Source: Klebsormidium nitens (taxonomy: Eukaryota; Plantae; Klebsormidiophyceae). From it: a DNA stretch of 64,000 nt. The translations under genes were made by a program, and so were the position numbers. The notes under the pieces are model-generated. The model was given only the letters and a program-made list of their open reading frames with translations. It had not been told where the DNA came from and ran no database searches. Where the stretch lies: NCBI GenBank assembly GCA_000708835.1, contig DF237089.1:62001-126000 (forward strand), given 5' to 3'. Shown piece after piece: positions 1 to 14,491 of this stretch (position 1 is its first letter; each line of letters starts with the position of its first letter).

Positions 1-1469
<1,469 letters not shown>

Positions 1470-1811
1470 TCTTTTCTCTTCGCCTTTGCCCAAGGCGTTC
1501 CAGAAAATAGATGGTCCGCAGCTGAGCTTTTGGCTGCCCATGAAATTTTGCTACAGGGTTTCTTTCCTTCCAGCCTAGTCAGGGTTTTGCTATTTGGGGT
1601 TTGGAGTTTCCCATGCAGGACTTCCCCTTTACGGCAGCCTTCGGTTGCCTCGTCAGCATCTGCTAGGATTTTGAACTGTGCAGTGTGAGAAGCTAGTGTT
1701 GAATGTTCTCTTGTTGTGGGGAGAGCGTCCCCAGACGGCTGGAAGCAACCCTTTGCTTCAACTGTTGCATCTTCTTGTTTGTGGACTTGCCTTGCACGAA
1801 CAAAAGGAAGG

Positions 1812-4800
1812 ATGGACCGACTTCGCGTGTTGGCCCGGCACCTGCGGCCCGAGGAGTCTGCTGGCGCTGAGCAAAGTAAGTGTTCAAAGCCTTTCGCAGC
1901 TTTAGGCTTGATGCCCTTGCCAGAGATGTATGCAGGTCAATTGGGGACTGTTGCAAAATTGGCAGATGCAGCTGAGCAAGGATAGTTCCACACTTTTATT
2001 CTATTGGTCTGCAGCTTTGACTGTTGACGCGCACGGCTCTACAGGAAGAAGTTCCTTCCAACAGAAGCTTACTTGCTGACACAAGTGCGCTTTGCCCCAG
2101 CCGCAGTTGCTCCTTCAAGTACCTCAGCACCTGGGGCATATGTGGAAAGAGGGGCAGATTTTGTGCCAGCCGATGATATCACAATCAAGTTCCCCCAGGC
2201 AACTCCTGCTTCCTCATTCCCAAAGTCTGGTAAGCACAAAAGGATTATACTAGGGAACATCGCTGCTGCTATGAAAGTGCTAAATATTTGACTGTTGTAG
2301 AACTCTTTGGGGTGTTGCTCCTAAAGGAGCTGTAATGCCTACTCCATTGTGGCGCGCATGCTGCGGCTAAAGAATTTATATAAGCCCCTGTTTCGTTCAT
2401 TGGCCAGATGTGATTCAGTGAGGACAAAGCCAGCATGACTTTTCCCTAGTTTGCAGTGTCCGACTACTTCCAGTTTGACGATCTCCTGACACCCGAAGAG
2501 CGAGCACTGCGGGTGAAGGTCCGAGCATTCATGGAGAAGGAAGTCGCTCCCATCATCTGTGTAAGTTCCAGAGGGCCACCACCCTAGGGATCATGGCTCA
2601 CAAGCATGTACTTTGGCTTTGTCTGGGCGGGAGCACATGCTCCCGCCCAGAAGTTGTAGGGACGAGGCCACTCTATTACCGTATGAGCAATCCGATTTAC
2701 GTTTAGACCCTCTGTGTCGTTATGCTGTTCAGGGCTACTGGGAGCGGGCGGAGTTTCCCTTTCAACTTATCCCCAAGATGGCCAAGCTCAATGTGGCAGG
2801 TTTCACGATCCAAGTGAGCAAGCCAGCAGGACGAGCCCTCTGTTCAATTCAACGGGCCCGACTCGTCTGGGTTCCGGTGTAGCAATTGCATGTTAAAAAC
2901 AATCTTAACTGTAGTTCCTTGCTGCATTCCATCCGTTGATGCATCCTCTTCCGGTGGGCCGCAGTCATCTGATAACAGAAGCTCGAGATAGTTGTGCACA
3001 TTAGCGAAGGCTCACGCGCTTGATAACGTCCATCCACAGGGCTATGGGTGTCCTGGCATGTCGACAGTGGCGGCTGCCATGGTGAGCGGCAACACACTCC
3101 CCTTGTTTGTTGATTCTCATGGAGTGGAATTTGCAGTGTTGTACTGGCGAGTCTCCACACCTTGTGTTGTTTGCCTGGTCGTGTGCCTCTGTCTAGAACT
3201 GATTGGGCTTGGGCCTTGTTGTGTCTTGCGGAGTGTACAACAATTTCGGACCAGAGAATTCTGCGAATCTGTTTCTTTGAGTTCTCTGGTCGAGCGCGAC
3301 ACTTCAACCAGCCCCTTCCTTCTAAGCAAACCATCTTCTTTTCCAGGTCGTATCGGAGGTTGCTCGGGTTGATGCATCCATGTCTACCTTCATCATGGTG
3401 CACACGTCCCTGGCCATGAGCACCATCGGTGAGCAACTGCCGCGGAAACACTACACATTCAGGCAGTGCCAAGGGAAATTCCGATGAGGCGCAGAATGTG
3501 GACAGGGCAACCACGGCAATTGTTTTGTAGACAGTCTCATTCTTCCATCGGACCGATGAAACATGCCGCGGCGTTTTCTGTCTTATTACGGCTCGAACTT
3601 CGCACGTGTGAAGGCTGAAAGGTGACAATGACACAACGACTGCTGTGTCAGTCGTTGAAAGATGCCGCACAGTAAAGTCATCGTTGTCCGCAGAGTCGTG
3701 GGTCCGTTCTGACGTCGTCATTTCTTGATGCAGCGATGTTGGGGAGTGAAGAGCAGAAGCAGCGCTACCTGCCATCGCTGGCACGCCTGGACGGGGTTGC
3801 TTGCTGGGTGAGGAAAGGGAACAACTTCAAAGGGGTGTCTCGTCTCTACTTTTCTACGAATGTTGCGGCCCTTGGAGAAGGTCTGGCACGAGTCGACTTT
3901 CATGAAAGTGCTTTCGATCTACATTCGGGAATCGTATACAACGAGGCTTCACGCCTCATCTTTCGACGATTCGAATAGATGTGTCTGTCATACTGCAGTT
4001 TAGCTTTCCCTCCCAGCCGCAATTGTCTGAGCGCGGATCACACGTTTAGAAGCAGATTCTTTATCTGTCAACTACAACTGGGGTTCGAACGCCCAGCTCG
4101 TACCACTTGCAGGGTCTGACCGAGCCCGATTATGGAAGCGATGCAAGCTCCCTCAACACCACGGCAACGAGAGTGGAGGGCGGTTGGGTGCTCAATGGGC
4201 AGAAACGTTGGATAGGCAACAGCACCTTTGCTGACGTGGCAGTCATCTTTGCCCGAAGCAAAGTCGACAACCAGATCAACGGGTGAGGCCAACGACCGTG
4301 TCGCTGAGCGCTCCCTAGCATGATTTTACAGCCGGTGCTATCAAAAGACAGGCTTTCATCAAAGCCCAATTCACTCTCGTTAGGAGTGGCCTGGACCCCT
4401 TTTGTCGAAGTCGGCGTTGAGCTGACGGCTCAGCTGGAATAAGGTGCATGTTTCTGGGCCTCGAGAGAAGATGCTAACAGTGTCTTGGTGCACTTTGCCA
4501 GCTTTATCGTGAAGAAAGGCACGGCGGGCTACCGAGCAGAGAAGATGGAGAACAAGGTGGGCCCGCCTCTCGAACCTACAAAATGAACGTCGGCCGACAA
4601 TCTTTCTGCGCCGATTCATTTGCTGGTCCGATTCGTGCACTGTGAGATTTTAGAATTTTGTCTGCTTTTCGTAAGAATGCTGACGGGTTCTGCTTCGCAG
4701 ATCGGGCTGCGGTGCGTCCAGAACGGTGACATCACGTTACAGAACGTCTTTGTACCGGACGAGGACCGCCTCACCGGCGTCAACTCCTTCAAAGACACCA

Positions 4801-6760
4801 ACAAGGTGGGCACTGAGTATCGGTGCAAACTCTTGACAGCGTCCGGTCGAACCACTTACCTCCTGCCCTTCGCGGGATGTGCCAGCCTCTACACGTCACC
4901 TTTGCTACTGGGAAGGTGCTTCATCCCCACTTAGCTCTCATCAAAGGCAGAGGGGGCGCGGGGCGCTGTTTTCGCTTCTGTAAGCAACCTCGGTCACCCG
5001 AAGTTTCAAGAGGAAACAGGTTGTGGCCCCTTCTCAAGCGGCCATGCGGGTCCCCTAAGATGACCAAACGAGAGTGGTGTTTTTTATTTGATCTCGTAAT
5101 CTCCGTTGCAGGTGCTGGCGATGTCCCGCATCATGGTGGCCTGGCAGCCGGTCGGCATCGCCACGGGCATCTACGATATGTGCAACAGGTAAGGCGTGGG
5201 GCCAGATATGCGTTCCGAAAGTCGGTCTGGCAGGGACTGGCAAGGGTTGCGGGGTTCCTTCGAGTAGGACGCCCCGGTGCTAGGAAACAAAAGATTGGCC
5301 GCCTCTTTTACCTGAGCATACTCGATTTCGTCTGATCAGCCCGCAGGCTCTTGACGCATCTGAGAGTTGACTTACTGGTTGATTGCACAGTTTTTGCATA
5401 TTGACTGCTTTGTTCATACCTATCCGGCCAGCTGCGAGGAGACTGCGTCTTTGGAGTCCGTGTAAACGCACAGTCCCGTTCGACCGTGTGCCAATGTCCT
5501 GAAGGCGTGGCTTGACCGTCCCGCGTGCGTGCAGGTACTTGTCGGAGCGGCGGCAGTTCGGCGCGCCCCTGTCAGCGCTGCAGATCAACCAGGAGAAGCT
5601 GGTGCGCATGCTGGGCAACGTGCAGGCCATGCAGATGATGGCCTGGCGCGTCAGCAAGCTCTACGATGACGGCACCATGACGCACGGCCAGGCCAGCCTC
5701 GCCAAGGTGCGCACTCCGCAGCCCGACCGCCCCCTTCGGAGGGCTGAATCCAGTAGGGGAATTGTGCTGGCTGACTGTGTCAGGGCTGCCTCCTCCAAGA
5801 AGTCCTCTTCACATTCCTGCTAGCGTGTCTCTTAGATTGACTGCCAATTGCAGTCTCGCTCGAGCGCTGTCATGGTGTCGGCCGGCCAGCCCCTTCCCTG
5901 CAGACGTGATGTTTCTAGTAGTAAACGCTCAAGCAATCATCCTCAAATGGTCAAGCAATCATCATCAATTGAAGACACAAGTCACAGCTAGTTCAATGTT
6001 TTGCGCACTGCAGATTAGCGTTTGTTAGTTGAATGATGCACTGGCTGCCATCTCGCTCCATGTCGCAGATTGGAAGGCGGGCTACTCAGCATAGGCACTA
6101 ACGTCTGCCGTCTCTCGCAGGCCTTCAACACCCTCCGGTGTCGTGAGTGTGCGGCGCTGGGTCGGGAACTGCTCGGGGGCAACGGTATCCAGGTGGACTT
6201 CCACGTGGCCAAGGTCAGTCATGTGGCACCGCTCTCCTTATGCTGAAGACGGGGAGTCAACCCCCACATTCTTCGACGACTTTATTATCAGCCTTAAGGC
6301 AGATATCCTACCTATTATACTTTCGAGAATGTCGGAAGTTCGCTAATCATGCAGAGTGCCCAGTTGGTCTGCAATGACTTCACGAGGACCGAGGAGTTGC
6401 TTGGCTGAGCAACATTGGCCGTACGTTAATGTGCGTCCATGCTTGTTCAGGCATTCTGCGACATTGAGCCCATCTACACCTACGAGGGGACGTACGAGGT
6501 AAAGAAACCATCCTTATGAATGACATTGTCTTTGGCACACGTGTGCTGCCCGCTTGTGTGATGCCAAAGCCTGCGGATTTTCTTGCGGACTTTTAATCGT
6601 CAGATCAGCGCCTGCTATGGCCTACGACTCTTCGAAGCAGCTTTCGCCTCTGCAAGGGCTGTAACACCAGGTTGTCTTGAGCTCGCAGGTGAACTCGCTG
6701 GTTGTCGGAAGAGAGGTCACAGGAGTCGCTGCCATCAGACCAGCAAAGAGTCGGAAGTGA
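1812..6760 (+). CDS. ACX4: Short-chain acyl-CoA oxidase of the ACAD fold (ACX4 type)
   Basis: About 15 exons (1812-1875, 2101-~2229, ~2457-2560, 2732-2812, 3041-3082, 3348-3429, 3733-3806, 4113-4282, 4502-4556, 4701-4805, 5112-5188, 5535-5706, 6121-6213, 6451-6498, 6689-6760). They give [81 protein letters not shown] and [28 protein letters not shown], collinear with plant ACX4 as I recall it. Confidence 0.95.
1818..1844 (+). other. Peroxisomal targeting signal PTS2 (RLRVLARHL) in ACX4 exon 1
   Basis: ATG 1812 opens [21 protein letters not shown], an exact R-L-x5-H-L nonapeptide. A strong phase-1 donor (A|GTAAGT at 1876) matches the phase-1 acceptor at 2101. Confidence 0.8.
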
Positions 6761-7848
6761 CGATAATGCATAGGGAAAGGTGACCTGTATATACTCCAGA
6801 TTGTATCGTTCTGTCGGAGCTGCCGGCTGGCACCAGTGTTCATCTTCATTCTGGATAAAAGTTCCGTTGTCCTGGTGGCACAGCAATGCACCAAATATAA
6901 AAAGTGGAGTTGCCGTCTTCTGTGTTGAAAGCATAAGAATCATTGCAATGATTGAGGAACTTGTGTAGCGCCGATTCGAAAGCATTGCACTGCCGCCGAG
7001 CTGCATATTGATTATACACATAAGCTCATATTACTCAAAGTAGTTCTGTGATCCAAACTTGAAAGATATGTTTCAAAGCCCGGGTTTCACTCAGCCCGCG
7101 GCACTTGAATTTCTGAATCTGATGGAGGTGTCGGAATTACCAGTACAGCATGCAGCGGCACATATGCAGCTAAGCATCGATCTGTATCCTCTTCTTGTGC
7201 TGGTAATTATCGGACATGCGCGGCGCCCACGAATCAATCATGATGTGTGCAGGCTATATAGCACATCTATGTATGGATCGTCGTTCTCCATGTACGCCAT
7301 GTCATTTCCGCGCATGCGTGCGCAAGTTATCAGAGGTCATGATGCAAGGGCAGGTTGTGATACGTGGCAATGTAACCCCATCTTTGGTGCCTACATACCG
7401 TGGCATTTCCCATGTTGGATCAATGCAACATCCAACAATGCCTTAGACAACACGATCAACCTCAGCCGGTGGCACTAACTTGAAGCTTGCTTGAGGACTC
7501 TGTAGCTCTCTCGTTATGGAAGGAGGCGCGCATGTCGACCTTCACTTCAGACCTCAAAAACAAAGAGGGTCTTAATAGGCTGTGCGCGACTGATCAATTC
7601 AAAGCCCAATATAAAAGCGACGCACCTTGACAAGACCATTGAGAGCATTTCGACTCCGTGTAATCTGAATCCTATGCACTGTGCCTTCCCAGAGGCAGCG
7701 CTCTACAGATCGATGGAGGGATCTCGTTATATACACCTGCTTGACACCCGGGCATCACGAGGCGTCCGCCAGTACCAGTATAGAGGTCGCTCCGACGTGA
7801 TCCTTGTCACCACTCTAATCTTCCGTTGAAACGTTCCTGGCTACAGAT

Positions 7849-10800
7849 CTACAAGCCTGTCACATGAGAATGTTTCAATGAGAGGCGATATTGTGTGAGA
7901 GGCATTGTCTCAAGCAAAGGACACGCTGATATTTGACAACATTGCGGTTGCCGCAGTCCGCATTCGCGCCAAATGGACAGCATGCCCACTTGCAACCGAA
8001 AGGCGATGCAGCGGGAAGAGCCATGAGTGCCAAGCAAGCATATTGCAACTAGACTAGACAAAACCGGAGATACAGTAGGTGGCGTCGCACCTGGCTGCAT
8101 GGCCGTCAGCTTTCCCCCGCATAGGGCGCTCCCGCAGTGGCACTCGAAGGCCTTGATAGGATGGTTTTCGTCTTCGAAGTCTATGCCTGAGACAAGATAT
8201 GAAGGTGTCAGCAAGAGCTAACCAAATGCAGACACCAAGTACAGCACTTGCGCAGGTGAACCAGAACGAAGCTACCTCCTGAACCAACAGCAAACAACCA
8301 CTGCAGATCCAAACGTCAGCAGCGAAAGTGGTCAGCATGACTCGACCCTGCCAACGGCGGTCGAGAGATGGAAGACAGAGGGCGCACGTGCGCAGCGCAG
8401 AGGTGCCAGCGTCGCTGACCGTAGTCCCACGTCAGCTCGGTCCCGGCCTCCACGAAGCAGTTTGTAAAGAATGCGAGATGGTAGTAGTTGTGTTTCGGCC
8501 CCTCGATCTCCACTGGGACGTCGATCAGCGTTGCGTCCTCACACCGATGGTTGAAGAACCTGCAGCCAGGAAACCGGGCCAAAGCAACTTGCTCAGTTGC
8601 TTGCATCGGAGAACGCATACGTAGTTGCTTCCTGACTAGGAAGAATGCAAGCACGCCGGCCAGTCTCCTCCAAGCACAGTCTGCCGCTAAATATTAGTTC
8701 GTCAAACAGGGGAAAGAACACGAAGTGCAAGAAGCAAGCGTGGTTCGCAAGACGGGTTAACAAGGTGGGTTACGGTGAGTGCCCGACCTGGCGACGTTCC
8801 CTAGCTTTGTGGCGTCCAGGCACAGCCCCGTTTTGTTGTCGATGCAGTCCTCAGTGACCGGGCACGCATTCAGCTCGGTTGGGAAGTGCTTCTTCTCGTT
8901 TCCCAGTGCCCGGTTTCTCGTGTCCAGTTCGTCCGTCGTTAGTATCTCCCCCACATACTCGCAGACGAAAGTGCCCGCGGGAAGGTCTTGTAGGCACCGC
9001 ACGGCCCACCCTTTGCCCACCGCCCAAAAGACCTACAATATCCAAAGTCCCGGTCAGTGAAGTAGTGCAATGTGCGTAGATAAACGGGCGGTAGAGGAAG
9101 CCTGCTTCGAAGAGAAGCGTGGTGCCGGGAGGAGAAGGGTCGCATCGTCTTGCTATTTGCCAGCTTCTCAACAACCGCAGGGCCGAGAAAAACGCCAAAA
9201 GCGTTGCTGCGCAGGCAGACTCATACGAAAGCCCACGTGTCCAGATCACGAAAGCCCACTGAAATTATCCGGCATCTTTTGCAACAAACGTCTAGACCAA
9301 GACGGACGGAAAAACGAGCGACAAACCAGCTCCTACTCCCACAGCATGTCTTAAAAAGGTGTTGTCAGAAAACAGAACAACAATTCCTGACCTCCAGCTT
9401 GACCGCGATGCCCCGCTGGACCACCCGGTTGCCGCACGAGGTGTGACAGAGGCACTTGATGGAGCACTCCTTGATGAACATGCGGTGGCCCTCACAGGGG
9501 GGCACAGTCTGCGTGAGCCGCTCCTCTGGCTTCATCTGCACATACGACCTGAGGCAGTCAACCACCCGCTGACGTGGCACTGGCCGACGAGAATAGCTTG
9601 CTCCGTCTCAATTTGCTCAGTCTGCATTACACTGTCAAAGGGACGCTGTTGTTTGTCAACAATTTCCGACTTGCTGGGTTGCTGGGAAAACCAGCCTCTT
9701 GATCTCTTGAAGCTTTCTCTACTGAATGGACGCCCGTGAACCTTGTTGTGCTTTTAGAATTAACTCTCCATGGTCAGACTCCGGGAATACAAAAATCACT
9801 AACGTCCCTAACCGCATGCCTTCGAGCAGTACGATGATTGGCAGAAGCGCCAAATGCGTAGCACAGGAATGCCAGAATATGAAAAATAACATGCCTCCCG
9901 ACTCTGCCGTTAAGTAAGGGGAGCACCGTTCTGCACGGACCGCCTGCCAGTGACGTCTTTATTAAAAAGCTGGTCGTGTATGGAAAGCGTGGGCGTACCT
10001 TAGCCTTCTGGGTGAGGCAGACGCCGGGACAGAACATCATGTCCATCTGTAACGAGAATCAGGATTAGGGTAAGCCTGCAGAGCGGCAGCGATTGCAGCC
10101 ACCGAAGGACGATTGGTGGGTCCACCGGAGGACTTCAAAGAGAGCCAATCATTAGGAGAGGGGCAGGACGGGGCAGAGATCATCCTTCAGATGTTTAGCT
10201 GCTTGCCCGATTACCTATTACAGGTTGAAAGCAGGCATGGAACACGTCGACAGCGAAATCTCAATTTTCAACAACCGGAATTACCGTTGAATTGGAAGGA
10301 CCAAATGGGTGCCAGGATTAAAACGTCCGTGCTTCGCCACACCAGCCCACCTGTTTCTGGAGGAAGGCGCCGTCGAGGCAGCCGTTCTTGTTATAAGCGT
10401 AGCATCCGCGCGTGTCGACCGTGCAGCCGCAGGGGACTTCGGCATCCAGGCAGTTTCCCTCGCAGTCGCACTGCGCGTTGTCAGGTAGCAGGGCCAAGCA
10501 GCTCGGAGCATGCGGCTGGGCGTCCTGAGAGAGAGCGAGACGGGGTTTTTGATACGGAGCCAAACGTGAAGCAGCCGAGCTAACAACTGTTTGAGCAAAA
10601 GCGGAAGGAAAAAGGACTTGGCTAAGAAGACAGAGCCTTGATTGTAGCAGGCAACCGCGTATTCGGGACGACATCCGGCAGCTTGCGTCTTCCAGAAAGC
10701 AGGTTCGGAACGTTTTTGTGCATTTGAATACCTGTTAAAATCAAAATGAAAGGCTTAGTAAAAGAAGAGTGCTCTGCTCTCTTTTCAAAGAAACACACCA

Positions 10801-13800
10801 AGGGTGCCCTCTGCGCAGGTTGTCAACACAAGATCTCGGTGCGCGGACTCGGAAGAGAGCTTCCAGCGCGCACGTTAAAGCAAACCTCCCCCATTGAGAA
10901 ACTCCAGAGAGCTCAGTTGAAGGCGCAGGGACAGCTCGCTATTGGACGGCTGCGGCAACGACTAAATACCCCAACCCTCGCTGCGCTCACCTCGTAGACC
11001 CTTGACTCCCGCATGTAGCGAAACCCTTTGGGAAGCCCTTCGTCGTTTACCCCGTTCACACAGCGGATCTTGTGCCTTTCCAGCCCCCGGGAAACGTCCT
11101 CCGACACGACCCGTTCTGCTCCAGCCCCAGTGCCCTCCCCCTCCACAAGAGCAGTCGCCCCAACCCCCCCCTGCCACTTTTTCAGGCCGTTGTCACCAGT
11201 TGCATGCACACCCGTTCCACGCTCGACGCCTTCATCCTTGATTGCAATGCACCTCACATCTGCTAAAGGCGCCGCCCGTCTCTCTTCCACCCTGCCTGCT
11301 TTATGCGGCCCCTTCTTCTCGTCGCGCTTTTTTTTGTCCGACGCCTTGACTATCGCGTTCAGGCTCTTGTGCTTGCTGGTGCGCGGCTTCGACTCCATCC
11401 CCGGACCCCAGATCTCCTTGTTGGCTTTCGCTGGTTCTTCAATCCCGACTCCCACCGCGCCTTTCTCGTCTCCTCCATAGCCCTTATCCCCCGCTTCCCG
11501 ACCGCTCTGCTTTTCAACGAAGCGCTTTTCTGCCGGCTTGATCTCTCTTTCCACCATAACCGTCGTACGTACTGCCGGCGTTGTCTCCCCTACTTTCCGG
11601 ATCCGCTTCAGCTTCCTCCTTCCTCCCTCCTCCTCCATGCCGAACCCGCTTCCTTCACCCGCGTCCGCTCCTCTGGCCTCCTGTGCCGGGGCAAGGGCGT
11701 GGTTCTCCCGACTCAAAAGCGCATTGCTTTCAACAGAACCCGCTCTCACCCCCAAAGGCTGCTCCTCTGATTTTCTCTGTAACATAACTTCCCCGTTAGC
11801 TACTTTACGACTGAGCTCTCCTCCCCTGTGAGCGGCGGATTCTAAACCGTCCGCCTTCCTATTTTCTAACGACAAGCCCTCCCTTCTCAGTGCAACCGAG
11901 TCGTCGGCTTCATTCCTACCTCCAAGAAAGGGCTCCCCCAAGGTGGCGCCTCCTCTTTCGACACCCGCTTGCTGCCCCCCGTTGTAACCGGGTCTTTCCA
12001 ACCCTCCAGGTTGGCTCGACCCTACTTCGTGCAGTTTTTTCAGCGCCTGCTCTAGCGCTCCGCCTCGGGACCCCTCCGGGCCTCTTGTTGGGCTCCGCAG
12101 CCCCGCAGAGTTACCACATACATCGCGCTCCACTTCCATCCGTTTTGAGCCCCCTGCTGACACTGCCTGCGGGCCGGCGCCCGCTTTATCAAAAGCCTTC
12201 TCTGCCCCGCTACCTTCTCTTCTTTCTGGCACGTCCGCAGACGCAGCCCCATCCACGCTCTGCTGACCCGGCCGCAATGCGCCCGCTTTCGCGGGCAGCT
12301 CCGCTTGGTGCTCGAGCGCGCGCCTCCGCTTCCGCTGCGATTCCTCCGTGGCTTCCTGGCTCTTCTTCACTAGCGACGCGTGCTGCGGGAGGCTGCTCGT
12401 CGACTCCAGCAACTGGGCGCCCCGCCGGTGTTTCTCCCATCTTCCCGAGGTGGCCCCGACCGAGTTCGGTGTGCTGTCTAGCAGGGGGCCATTTGACGAC
12501 TGGGGATCTGGAGGGTGAGAGGGGAGGGCTGGTTCGCCCCGCAAGGACGGAGAGACTATGTCGGACAGGTGGGGGGACCGGAGGCCGTGAGGGGACACTA
12601 TGCGCGCCGCCTGTCGGGTGACGTCATCAATCACAGCCTGCTGGTCAGGAGTCGCACTTGGTACCGGTTCTGGCAGACCGCCCTTTCTGTGCAGCCCGTT
12701 TGTGTGACCCCGGGGCGAGAGGGGTCTAGCAGCTCGTTTGAGCGGTTCCGCGGAAGAGTGACTGGAAGAGCGTTCAGGATGATTGCCGGTTTCGGAATGG
12801 GTGGGGCGCCTGGGGCTGGTTGTACCCCTGGAAGGAACGGATCCACCGCTGGGCTGAGGCGGCCAGTCGAATGGCAGTTCTGCATGGGACATAATTGAGG
12901 TTCAAGGCACCTCCAATACACAACATAAGTACGACCGATGTAGAGCCTCAGCACAGCGAAAGCACGACTATACAAAAGGGCCCAGGAAATCAATAATTCC
13001 TGCTTCATGCTGCTTCACAGGGCCTGGAATTAAAGTTGAACTTTCCTCAAGTTTCGAGCATCGAGTGCATGGCTCCTTTGCTGCCACTCAATGTGCTTAA
13101 GAGAGGCTACCAACAGGCAAACCGGCAGGAATCACTTACCAAACGAAACTTGTGCGGGAGGGCTGGGTCGAGTTGGGTCCTGATCAATGTACTTGATGAC
13201 CTCAGCCCAAAGGCCGTCTGGGTCCTGATCACTGCCCTTGATGAGATCCCACACCCCAGGCAGGCCTCCATAGTTCTGGAACAACAGATCGACAAGTTGC
13301 AACAACGTCAGCCTTTGCCAAGTTGGTTGCCAGTCCAAACAGATTGGGGCTGCACCGAACAATTGTAATGAGCCTTAGGTGGTTGATTGGCTAGTGCGTG
13401 TGTAGATGCTGGTTGAGGCCCACGCAAACTTGAGACCCTTGCAGTGATTGCCAGGATCCTTCCGGGGAAGAAAGCACTTTTTGTTGGCTTCATCAAGATC
13501 AGACCAGAATCTTGCCCTCCTACGCTCAAGGAAACGAAGAACGTCCGGTTCTACAGTCCATTCACCTGATATATCTCTGCGAGTACACGGCGCAAATACT
13601 CCAATGGGACTGCCATAAGGTCGCACAGCACCTCCGCCTCTGCCAGCTGCGCCTCGCTGGGACCACTCTTGGCCCCATCCGTATCCATGAGCTTGGCCTT
13701 CTTTGATTGCTTGCCCTCCAAAAGCTCCCTTACTTTCTTGTAGTTCTGGGCCTTGATTGTCGTCCATGCCTCCTCCCGGCCATATTGCTGTGGACCAAAA

Positions 13801-14336
13801 TAGTGCTGAGTTAGATATGCTGGCAATCAAGTCCCTGCCAATTTGAATGTGGAAATTATCCTCGCGGTCTCCGTTCAGGATGCAGCTACTATGTGCATAA
13901 TAACCTTTCAGCTGAAAGAAAATGTCTCTTACCATGACTGCACGTATCCTGCGATCTAGACGCGTTCTTAGTCTGAGGTTAGGGCAAATCGCCTGCAACA
14001 TTAGGCAGATGATAAGGAGAGACGTTCAACCACTGGCAGATTGCAGGGCTTTGAGTTTTGATTTGGATACCTAGTGAAAGTAACAAAACCTCGAACAGAA
14101 ACAGCTCCACAGGTCTTCTTCGCACTGAAAAACAACTAATCATGTAACAAGAGACAGAGTATCCAACGTGTGCCAGTCATCAAAGGGTGTCAGCGAGCTT
14201 CCTTTCTACTCACAGAGTACAAAGTATCCAGGCAGTCCAGGATGGCTGCCTGGGAGACCCCGGGCTCTCGAAGGGCGCCCACCGCTTCTCTGCATTCAGG
14301 CCTCTCCTCAAACTTTGGTGCCGTCGCCCGTGTCAT
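7849..14336 (-). CDS. SUVR1/2/4-type SET-domain histone H3K9 methyltransferase with two WIYLD-like domains
   Basis: Exons 14336-14214, 13787-13566, 13275-13140, 12879-10991, 10524-10351, 9568-9392, 9032-8788, 8559-8420 and 8186-(7849) join in frame. Pre-SET: EDVSRGLE...CDCEGNCL...CGCT...IKECSIKCLCHTSCGNRVVQRGI. SET: GKGWAVRCL...FVCEYVGEILT...LCLDATKLGNVARFFNHRCED...ELTWDYG. Post-SET: AFECHCGSALC. The C-terminal end after the post-SET is uncertain (possible extra intron near 8090). Confidence 0.9.
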
Positions 14337-14491
14337 ATGGTGGGAATCTGAGCGGTCGATTCGCAAGCCTGCGTACAGATTGAACAAAAGCTTGAAGAGG
14401 ATGTTTTCAAATCTACAAATGGAAAGGTCTGCCAGACTTGGATGTCATTCACAGAGAGATTTTTTGTCTTAGTACCCTCAGCTTGAAGCCC

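Noticed and set aside
1911-1945. Alternative ACX4 first exon MPLPEMYA
   Set aside because: Weak donor (GTCAAT) compared with GTAAGT at 1876, and no targeting signal. It could still be a minor PTS2-less isoform.
4075-4100. GGTTCGAAC B-box-like motif suggesting a tRNA or SINE
   Set aside because: No A-box or cloverleaf; it lies in an ACX4 intron next to the acceptor.
6780-6968. ORF containing PLSWWHSNAP, like a hAT C-terminal WW motif
   Set aside because: Single short motif in the ACX4 3' region with no downstream SxxxER motif or termini.
13900-14001. Possible extra SUVR exon or third WIYLD (AICPNLRLRTRLDRRIRAVM)
   Set aside because: Not needed: exon 1 joins 13787 in phase 0 with a good branch point and completes the domain. 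It cannot be excluded as an alternative cassette exon.
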